This document shows positions 8,300-15,494 of a stretch of 20,704 nt of DNA, piece by piece. Each line of letters begins with the position of its first letter. Position 1 is the first letter of the stretch. A model generated the notes under the pieces. It had not been told where the DNA came from and searched no databases. It saw only the letters and a program-made list of their open reading frames with translations. This stretch comes from Candidatus Krumholzibacteriia bacterium (lineage in GTDB: Bacteria > Krumholzibacteriota > Krumholzibacteriia > WVZY01), in contig JBHHVD010000060.1 in assembly GCA_046754105.1 (NCBI GenBank), positions 1-20,704 on the forward strand, given 5' to 3'. A program made the position numbers and the translations under genes.

Positions 8300-9579
8300 G
8301 GACTCTCCGGCAGCGCGCCCCCGCGGCGCCTCCGCCACGCGGCAAGAGCGAGCAGGGCATAGAAAGGCGCGTATTCGAGAACGAGCGGCAGCGACGCCAC
8401 TTCCCAAACCCCGGTCCCGGGATAGGCGACCCACACCGAGTAGGACAACATGACGGCTCCACTGAAAAAGAGCCACGCACGGCTGGAATAGAAGCAAAGA
8501 AACGGAATGATCCACGTAATATACCATGGATAGACGGTTGGGGCTAACAGGAGCGAGCAGGCAACAACCCGATAGGCAAACCGGAACGGGTCCTTCCGGA
8601 TGTACGCCTGCGCCAGCGCGTACGCCGCTACACCACCACCCAGTACGACGTGAATCAGTTCCGCATGACCGAGTGCGCGCGTGAGCAGGGAGAAGAGGAT
8701 CGAGTTGAACGTCCACTCTGTGCCGTACAACCGCAAGCTGGCCACGAGCCTCGACCCCGCTTCGGCAAACGGCAGGTACCCCGCCACCGCCACCAGGACG
8801 AAGAGAACGGTCCACGGCGCGTACTTACGCTTGAAGAGAAGGAACGGAACGAGGAGCACCGACAGGTATTTGGCCAGAAATGACAGCGCCAGGGCCACCA
8901 TGCCCGGTCCGGCCCTCGCTCGCTGGAGAAAGAGAAGGCCCAGCACCAGGAAGAATATCCCGACGGAATCCATGTGACCCGAATGCGAGAACTCGATCAG
9001 TACCAGCGGGCTCCAGCCGTAGACGGCACAGAGAAGCACGTTCCTTCCCCGCAAGCGGAGCAGGAGCAGGAGCACTACCATCGTCGCCAGGTCGAAGACC
9101 ACGGCCAGCACCTTTTGCATCCGCAGACCGGGATCGAGCAGCGCGCCGAGCAAAAAGACCCCTTGCGCGAGGGGCGGGTAGATGGTCCCGAGCTGCGGGT
9201 GGTTGATGCCCTCGTAATTCTCATCCCGCATCCCCTCCAGTTCCGGGGCATCAGGCGGCAGCAAAAAGGGATTGTGACCCGCGGCGATGACGCGGCCCTC
9301 CCAAAGGTAACGATAAATATCGTTCGACAACGTGGGTGGCCCGAAGAGCAGGAACACGCGGCAGCTGACTGCTACGGCAAAAATGAAAATCAGGACGGTC
9401 CGCTGCGCCTCGCGCGCTCGGGACAGCGCGAGAACGGAGATGGCGTAGAGAACGAAGAGGCCGGCGAACCCGGCCAGGAACTTCGGGATGATAAGGCTGA
9501 GGTCACCCCAGGAAGCCATCCACGCGGACAGGCCCACCATCAGCAGGCCCGCTGGGACAACGATCCGTCGTGATGTCAC
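8296..9579 (-). CDS. Polytopic membrane glycosyltransferase, GT-C fold (GT87/DUF2029-like)
   Basis: Many TM segments with SNDIYRYLWEGRV, NPF..PP, TIYPPLAQ, YGWSPL..IEFS.SGHMD, PTVYPWY motifs. GTG start. Confidence 0.8.
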   Translation of the reverse strand: MTSRRIVVPAGLLMVGLSAWMASWGDLSLIIPKFLAGFAGLFVLYAISVLALSRAREAQRTVLIFIFAVAVSCRVFLLFGPPTLSNDIYRYLWEGRVIAAGHNPFLLPPDAPELEGMRDENYEGINHPQLGTIYPPLAQGVFLLGALLDPGLRMQKVLAVVFDLATMVVLLLLLRLRGRNVLLCAVYGWSPLVLIEFSHSGHMDSVGIFFLVLGLLFLQRARAGPGMVALALSFLAKYLSVLLVPFLLFKRKYAPWTVLFVLVAVAGYLPFAEAGSRLVASLRLYGTEWTFNSILFSLLTRALGHAELIHVVLGGGVAAYALAQAYIRKDPFRFAYRVVACSLLLAPTVYPWYITWIIPFLCFYSSRAWLFFSGAVMLSYSVWVAYPGTGVWEVASLPLVLEYAPFYALLALAAWRRRRGGALPESP

Positions 9580-9595
9580 GGCGAGCCCGCCCGGG

Positions 9596-11059
9596 TTAGC
9601 GTCTTGCGTGCAAAATCGAGAGGCCGAAAATGTACAGGTACCCGATCACAAAGAGCATCAGGTACGGCAGCGCTCCCCAGTTCTTCAGGAATATGAGAAC
9701 GAGCAGCGTCGCGCACATATATGCCGCGAAGGCGAATTCGAGCATGAGCGAACGCCGGTTTACCGACTTGTATATCTTGCCTTTCCAGCTGTCCTTGAGG
9801 GTTTCGATACGGTACTTCGCCGTGCGAACGAAAGGCGTGTCTCGTGACAGGAGCGCCTCCGACACGGCCCACGCGTTGTTGATGCACATGCCGATGCCCA
9901 ACGCCAGTATGAAGGGAATGTCCCTCAGGCGCCACCGCCAGTCCGGGTACAGTTCTCTTTGCGAAATCAGGTAGAACAGAAATACCGACGCGGTCGTAAA
10001 GAGAAACACCACTATTTCCCACATCTCTATTCCCTGCAGCAGGAGATGGTAGCGCAGGACCAGCGAAAGCGGAAGCAGTGCGGACAGGAGCACGACCAGC
10101 AGGTAGCACAGGTTGGCGCTCAGGTGAAACGTCGCCTCGACCCGGACCTTCAGCGGCAGGTCGCTCTTCCACAAGGTCGGGATGAGTTTCTTCCCCACCT
10201 GGATGGACCCCTTGGTCCAGCGGTGCTGCTGGGTCTTGAAGCCGTAAATGTCGACGGGCAGCTCGCTCTTGCAAACCAGGTCCGGCAGGTAAACGAACTT
10301 CCACCCGGCGATCTGTGCCCGGTACGAGAGGTCGAGATCCTCGGTGAGCGTGGTGCCGTCCCACCCGCCCGCATCGTGGATGGCCCGCCGCCTGAAAACG
10401 CCGCCTGTGCCGTTGAAGTTGAAGAACCGCCCCGAAAAATTCCGCGCGGTGTGTTCGAGCATAAAATGCCCGTCCAGCAGAATCGACTGCAGCCGGGTGA
10501 GCAGCGAGTATTCCCGGTTGAGATAACCCCACCTCGATTGCACCATTCCCACTTTCGGGTCCTGGAAATGAGGGACGATTCGCTCGAGAAACTCCGGCGG
10601 TGCGATAAAATCCGCGTCAAAGATCGCGACCAGCTCGTCGGTCGACTTTTCCAGCCCCGCCTTCAACGCGCCTGCCTTGAACCCCTCGCGGTCCTCGCGG
10701 TGGAGGTACACGACCTTGAAACCCCGCCGCTTCAGTTTGTCCGCCGCCTTCTTCGAAATTCGCGTCGTACGATCCGTCGAGTCGTCCAGCACCTGGACGG
10801 TGAGTTTCTCCCTCGGGTACCGGAGTTTGCCGATGCTCTCGATGACCCTGCCCGCCACGTAGTACTCGTTGAAGATCGGCAGCTGCACGGTAACCGTGGG
10901 AAAGTCCCGGGCCGCCAGCGGAGGGGGCTCGGGGCGCTTCTTGCGCTTGTAGTAGCGGTAGTATAAATAGAGGATGAAATAACGGTGTATCCCGTATATC
11001 GACAGCAGACCCAGTACCCCCAGATAGGCAACGATGGTGACCCGGCTCAATAAATCCAT
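9596..11059 (-). CDS. Cellulose-synthase-like (CesA/CslA-type) GT2 membrane glycosyltransferase
   Basis: PTVTVQLPIFNE, LDDSTD, GFKAGAL, FDADF, FNFNGTGG, LTEDLDLSYRAQ, QQHRW (QxxRW), N- and C-terminal TM helices. RBS AAGGA upstream. Confidence 0.92.
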   Translation of the reverse strand: MDLLSRVTIVAYLGVLGLLSIYGIHRYFILYLYYRYYKRKKRPEPPPLAARDFPTVTVQLPIFNEYYVAGRVIESIGKLRYPREKLTVQVLDDSTDRTTRISKKAADKLKRRGFKVVYLHREDREGFKAGALKAGLEKSTDELVAIFDADFIAPPEFLERIVPHFQDPKVGMVQSRWGYLNREYSLLTRLQSILLDGHFMLEHTARNFSGRFFNFNGTGGVFRRRAIHDAGGWDGTTLTEDLDLSYRAQIAGWKFVYLPDLVCKSELPVDIYGFKTQQHRWTKGSIQVGKKLIPTLWKSDLPLKVRVEATFHLSANLCYLLVVLLSALLPLSLVLRYHLLLQGIEMWEIVVFLFTTASVFLFYLISQRELYPDWRWRLRDIPFILALGIGMCINNAWAVSEALLSRDTPFVRTAKYRIETLKDSWKGKIYKSVNRRSLMLEFAFAAYMCATLLVLIFLKNWGALPYLMLFVIGYLYIFGLSILHARR

Positions 11060-11135
11060 TGTAAGTCCTTGTTGTTTCTTATCTTGATCGAATTCTCGGT
11101 TGGGGAGCGATGCCGCGGCCCAGCAATTTCTACCA

Positions 11136-12119
11136 CTATTTCAGGGGCACGGCAAGCGAAGCTTTCTGGACCAGGGCCCCTCCACAGGATGACCCGCTGC
11201 CGGCGGTGCAGCCGAAGCAGTGGTTTCCGGTCGTGATCCGCCTGCGGGCGTGGGCGGCCGGATCGAAATCACGGATATGAGTCGGGGCACCGTGGTCGAC
11301 CGGGAGCTTCAGGGCCAGGTTGAAGTCGCAATCGTAGATGTTGCCGTCCCAGTCTACGTTGATCTGGTGACGGCACATGAGACCTTCCAGTGTGGAGGGA
11401 TTGAAAGATTCGCGTAAGAGCCGCATGTACTCATCGTATTTCTTTTGTTTCTTCAGGTCGCCGACGTAGCGGCCGATCGGCATGTTCGTGATCGTGATCA
11501 ACTTGCTGAAAGAAAGCCCGTACCGCTCCCTCAATTCGCTGCGGTAATCCGCCTCGAGGCTCGACTGGTCGGGCGGCAGGTGCGGACCGACCGGGTTGTA
11601 CACCAGGCTCAGCATTAGTTCCTCTTGGCGTCCGTATCCGATTGCGTTCAAACGCCGTATCGCCTCCACGCTACCCTCGAAGACGCCATCACCGCGTTGA
11701 TGGTCCACGTTTTCCTGCAGATAGCACGGCAGCGAGGCAACCAGCTCTACCCGGTACCGCTTGAAGAATTCGGGCATCGACTCCATGCCCGGCTCGAGCA
11801 GCACGGTGAGGTTGGTGCGAACCATGACGGACACACCCGCCCCGGTGAGCGCCTCCACGAATCTCCGGAAATTGGGGTTTAGCTCGGGCGCGCCGCCGGT
11901 GATATCCACGGTCTTGCAGTTCGTCCTCCCGGCCACCTCGACGATCGTCTCCATCGTCTCCCGGTTCATCGTCTCTTTTCTCTTCGGCGACGATGCCACG
12001 TGACAATGGACGCACTGCAGATTGCACTTCAAACCGACGTTCACCTGGATGGTCGAAATGTCCGCGCAGCGCAGGTCATCGTTGGTGGCTTCTCTTACCT
12101 GTACGTCGAAATCGTTCAT
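11136..12119 (-). CDS. arsS: Arsenosugar biosynthesis radical SAM protein ArsS (Cys form)
   Basis: QVNVG..CNLQCVHCHV (CxxxCxxC), DITGGAPELNP, SLPCY...NVD.QRG.GVF, LVYNP, ITNMPIGR, MCR....DWDG.IYDCDFN, and C-terminal HCFGCTAGSGSSCGGAL. Adjacent to arsM. Confidence 0.93.
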   Translation of the reverse strand: MNDFDVQVREATNDDLRCADISTIQVNVGLKCNLQCVHCHVASSPKRKETMNRETMETIVEVAGRTNCKTVDITGGAPELNPNFRRFVEALTGAGVSVMVRTNLTVLLEPGMESMPEFFKRYRVELVASLPCYLQENVDHQRGDGVFEGSVEAIRRLNAIGYGRQEELMLSLVYNPVGPHLPPDQSSLEADYRSELRERYGLSFSKLITITNMPIGRYVGDLKKQKKYDEYMRLLRESFNPSTLEGLMCRHQINVDWDGNIYDCDFNLALKLPVDHGAPTHIRDFDPAAHARRRITTGNHCFGCTAGSGSSCGGALVQKASLAVPLK

Positions 12120-12146
12120 GGCACTTGCTCCATAACTGCCGTCGCG

Positions 12147-13205
12147 CTAGCAGCAGGCCCCGGCGGCGGGGTCATTCGGACCTGGCTTCCTTGCGTCCGG
12201 TGTGCAGTCGAAGGGCCCGTAGTGTATCGACCGGTCGCCCGTGATATCAAAGTGCTGGCCGTACCTCGTCTCACCCACCATCGCCGCCGTGTTGCCGCAA
12301 ACCAGCGCCGGCTTGCCGGTGACGAACTTGTGGTGATCGTCCAGGACGAACGCGTGCTCGAAGCCCGCGATCGTCCCGCGATACGTGGCCACCTGCCCGT
12401 AATCCTCACAGATGTCCTCGAGATTGTCCAACTTGAACGCACGGATCGTCATCGAGCAGAAGTCGATCATGCCCGCCCGGGCCTCGATGTCCGGGTCCTC
12501 GATCGTGATGGGGCTCACCGATACCACGCGGTGATCGAGCAAGCCCACCTCCCGCATCAGCCGGCGAAAGTCTTCCCGGTACATCGCGCCGCCGAGGCAT
12601 TCCCCGTAGAGAACCGGGTCTTCCGCCAGCAACCGCGGCAGGCGGCGCCCGCTGAACACGTCCGAAAAATACAACTCGCCACCCGGCTTGAGCACCCTCG
12701 CGATTTCGCGAAAGACGCCGCGCTTGTCCGGGGACAGATTGATCACGCAGTTGGAGATGACGACGTCCACCGAGGCGTCTTCGATCCCGATTTCCGCCAG
12801 GTCTTCTATGTATCCCTTCTTGAAGACAACGTTTGGCTCGGCGTACCCGAAGCGAGCCGTCTGTCCCTCGACGTGCCGCCGGGCCACGTCGAGCTGCTCG
12901 TCGGTCATGTCCACGCCGACGACTCTCCCGCGCGGACCCACGAGGAAGGAGGCCATGTACGCGTCACGGCCCGTGCCGCAACCGAGGTCCAGCACCACGC
13001 TCTCTTCCAGCGCGGGCGGCAGCGGCGACCCGCAGCCGTAGAATTTTTCGAGAATCTCGCCGTCGATCTCCTTGAGGATCGCCTTTTGGTAGGCGGGAAA
13101 CGCGTCGGCGCTGCAGCAGGCGTTGGTCTTGAGATCGCGGCTGCCGCCGAGTATCTTACCGTAATACTCTCGTACCATTTCTTTCTTATCATCGAACCCT
13201 GGCAT
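12147..13205 (-). CDS. arsM: Arsenite S-adenosylmethionine methyltransferase (ArsM/AS3MT-like, long form)
   Basis: YYG..L..S.DLKTNACC, FYGCGSP, VLDLGCGTGRD, GVDMT..QL, ISNCVINLSPDK, GECLGGA, CEDYGQVA.Y.GTI, VCGNTA, C-terminal CC. Confidence 0.93.
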   Translation of the reverse strand: MPGFDDKKEMVREYYGKILGGSRDLKTNACCSADAFPAYQKAILKEIDGEILEKFYGCGSPLPPALEESVVLDLGCGTGRDAYMASFLVGPRGRVVGVDMTDEQLDVARRHVEGQTARFGYAEPNVVFKKGYIEDLAEIGIEDASVDVVISNCVINLSPDKRGVFREIARVLKPGGELYFSDVFSGRRLPRLLAEDPVLYGECLGGAMYREDFRRLMREVGLLDHRVVSVSPITIEDPDIEARAGMIDFCSMTIRAFKLDNLEDICEDYGQVATYRGTIAGFEHAFVLDDHHKFVTGKPALVCGNTAAMVGETRYGQHFDITGDRSIHYGPFDCTPDARKPGPNDPAAGACC

Positions 13206-13221
13206 AGCGCCTCCGTATCCG

Positions 13222-14373
13222 TTAACCCGATAACATTCGGTGCTTCAATATCCAGTAAATCGCCGCGCTGAAACCGGCGGCCGACGGCAGCGTCAGGACC
13301 CACGAGGTAAAGATCGATGTGACCACGCGGCCCCGGGCCTGCCGGGTCGCCATGCCGATGCCGAAGAGCGAACCGACCGACACGTGGGTCGTAGAAACGG
13401 GCAGCCCCAGGCGGCTGCTGGCGATGACGAGCGCCGAGGTAACAAGGTTGGCGGTAAAGCCCTGACCCGGGTTCATCGGTGTGATGCGGTGGCTTATGGT
13501 ACGCGCCACTTTGCCCGCGCTCAGCAGCCCACCGAGCGCCATGGCGGCTGCCACGACCAGCATTCCGTGCGCGATCGCCAGACCCTGCACGACGAGCAGC
13601 AGGGCGACGATCTTGGGCGTGTCGTTGAGGCCCCGGGCGAAGCTGACCATCCCGGCGCTCAGGTAATGGGCCACATCCAGCATTCTCTGTACGCCGATCC
13701 CGATGACGCTGCCGGAGTAGCGCTCGGCGCTTTGCCCACCGTCGCGTTCCTCCTGGGGGCCGACCTCCAGACGATACTCCGAAGCCGCTCCCGAATCCAG
13801 GGCGAGGGTGGAAACGGTATGCTGGCTTGCCCGGGCCGCTTGCACGCGGTCGAGGGCAACGACCCATTCCTTCGTAACCCCCATGCGCCGGCGGAGATAG
13901 CTCAGAAGCCCGTAGGCGGCACCCGCCAGCACGACGGCGGCCACCGGGCTGAAAAGAAGCGGCGCCACAAAGCGTTGTCCCAAAACACCGAGCCGAACGT
14001 CGGCGCCCACCGCCACGAGACCCCCACCTGCCAGCGCGCCAATCAGGCTGTGTGTCGTGGAGATGGGAAACCCGGTCACGGTCGCCAGCAACACGGTCAG
14101 ACCGGCGCCCCCGGCCACGGCCAGCATGAACTCTGGTGATGCGGCGATCCCATCCGGCACCAGGCCCTTGCCCGAGAAGCTGCGAACGAGCGCCTCCGCC
14201 CAGAAAACGGAGACGATCGAGCCGGCGAGCGTCGTCGCCGTCGCCCACGCCAGGGCCTTCCGAAAACCGGTGGTACCGCTGCCGAGCAGCGTCGCCACGC
14301 CCTTGAAATTGTCGTTCGCACCGTTCGTGTACGCCACGAGGACAGCGGCGGCGGTTATGAGGACGATCATCAT
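13222..14373 (-). CDS. PiT-family inorganic phosphate/anion transporter
   Basis: Two PiT signature repeats: NGANDNFKG...PISTTH and RGLNDTPK...PVSTTH, plus SWVLTLP. Hydrophilic central loop. Confidence 0.9.
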   Translation of the reverse strand: MMIVLITAAAVLVAYTNGANDNFKGVATLLGSGTTGFRKALAWATATTLAGSIVSVFWAEALVRSFSGKGLVPDGIAASPEFMLAVAGGAGLTVLLATVTGFPISTTHSLIGALAGGGLVAVGADVRLGVLGQRFVAPLLFSPVAAVVLAGAAYGLLSYLRRRMGVTKEWVVALDRVQAARASQHTVSTLALDSGAASEYRLEVGPQEERDGGQSAERYSGSVIGIGVQRMLDVAHYLSAGMVSFARGLNDTPKIVALLLVVQGLAIAHGMLVVAAAMALGGLLSAGKVARTISHRITPMNPGQGFTANLVTSALVIASSRLGLPVSTTHVSVGSLFGIGMATRQARGRVVTSIFTSWVLTLPSAAGFSAAIYWILKHRMLSG

Positions 14374-14475
14374 CGTTCGGCTACCTGGGGAAACGGGATC
14401 CGGATCGAATAAACTGGTAGTTGGGTCGGCTCGCAGTTGGAATTCTTACATACAAGTTGGCCGCGGGAGCGGCGC

Positions 14476-15273
14476 CTATCCGGCCTGGCGCTCGTCCCCG
14501 GCGGCCAGGCCCGCGTGGCAGGGCGTCTCGCCCGCCCGCCGGGGAGGATGCGGCACTCCAGCCCGCCGGGGCCGGAACCCGTCCTTGTAGACACGCTTGA
14601 GGCGGAAGGGCGAAACACCCAGATAGAACAACAGGAGGAACGCCCCGCCGCGGGCAACGCAGTAAACGAGCCCTTCGTGCAGGAGACGGCGCGCCGAGGT
14701 GGTTACGCGAGCGGCGAGAAACGCGATCGGGTCTCGCCGCCGCTTGATGCGACGCATGATCTCGACGTCCTCCATGATCGGGATGCGCGCGAATCCGCCG
14801 ATCTGCTTGAAGTAGTCGCGCCTGAGGAAAATCGCCTGGTCGCCGAACGGAATGCGGGAAAGGCGCGCCCGCAACGAATCTACGCGGGCGAGCAGGCGGA
14901 TGCCGGCTCGGGGCGAGTCGAACGAGAGGTCGAACGCGCCGCCCACCAGGCGCGCATCCTTCATCACGGACGTGATTCCGGCCAGGCCGTCCGGCGGCAG
15001 ATAGGTATCCGCATGTAGAAACAAGAGAATCGAGCCGCGGGCGACGGCAGCACCCGCGTTCATCTGGCGCCCGCGGCCCCGGGCGCTTCCCATTCCGATC
15101 ACGTCCGGATCCCGTATCGCGGTTATCGTGTCGCGGTCTCGGTGCCCGTCCACAACGATGATCTCGCACTCACCGCGGCGGTCGAGCATGCGCAGATGCG
15201 CAATGAGATGGTTGATCGTCGCACCTTCGTGGTAGACGGGAATGACGATCGATATGACTGGTCTACAGTTCAA
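14476..15273 (-). CDS. TIGR04283-type GT2 (arsenosugar biosynthesis-associated glycosyltransferase)
   Basis: ISIVIP..HE, EIIVVDG, GRG.QMNAGA..A.G..LLFLHADT.LP, PFGDQAIF.RR..F..IGGF..IPIMEDVE, TSARR. Start inferred at TTG 15273 with GAGG upstream. The long upstream extension in the ORF track is spurious. Confidence 0.88.
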   Translation of the reverse strand: MNCRPVISIVIPVYHEGATINHLIAHLRMLDRRGECEIIVVDGHRDRDTITAIRDPDVIGMGSARGRGRQMNAGAAVARGSILLFLHADTYLPPDGLAGITSVMKDARLVGGAFDLSFDSPRAGIRLLARVDSLRARLSRIPFGDQAIFLRRDYFKQIGGFARIPIMEDVEIMRRIKRRRDPIAFLAARVTTSARRLLHEGLVYCVARGGAFLLLFYLGVSPFRLKRVYKDGFRPRRAGVPHPPRRAGETPCHAGLAAGDERQAG

Positions 15274-15308
15274 GGCTAACCTCAACGCGCAAAAAAAGGG
15301 CCGGATGT

Positions 15309-15471
15309 GCGCGGATCGCCGGGCGCGTAGGGACGGGGGTTGACGGCGAGTTCCGCAGCGCGCCGACCGTCCACAAACCGTGAGTGATGGGAAAGCGCCC
15401 CTCGTCGGCGCGCGAGGACTGTTTGAGCCGGAGCGCCCCCGTCCCTTACGCGCCCGGCCTGTGTTCCGCGC
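15309..15471. ncRNA. Long rod-like imperfect inverted-repeat element (candidate structured RNA)
   Basis: Nested stems: 15309-15315/15465-15471, 15318-15339/15436-15458 (22 bp, one bulge), 15358-15367/15404-15413 (10 bp perfect). A7 at 15291-15297 gives a U-tract on the - strand. Confidence 0.45.
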
Positions 15472-15494
15472 GGTCTGTGCTTCACGCACCGCGG

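Noticed and set aside
11061..11075. IHF-like site (CAAGGACTTA on the - strand)
   Set aside because: Two mismatches to the consensus, and it is adequately explained as the RBS of the CesA-like gene.
11136..11200. Possible selenocysteine read-through in ArsS (and in the ArsM C-terminus)
   Set aside because: No in-frame TGA. The relevant codons are Cys, and both genes end at TAG.
15372..15400. CAAACC...GG.AAAGC resemblance to a c-di-GMP-I (GEMM) riboswitch
   Set aside because: Lacks the GNRA-capped stem, the GACGCAAAGC junction and the second hairpin. It is also on the strand opposite the downstream genes.
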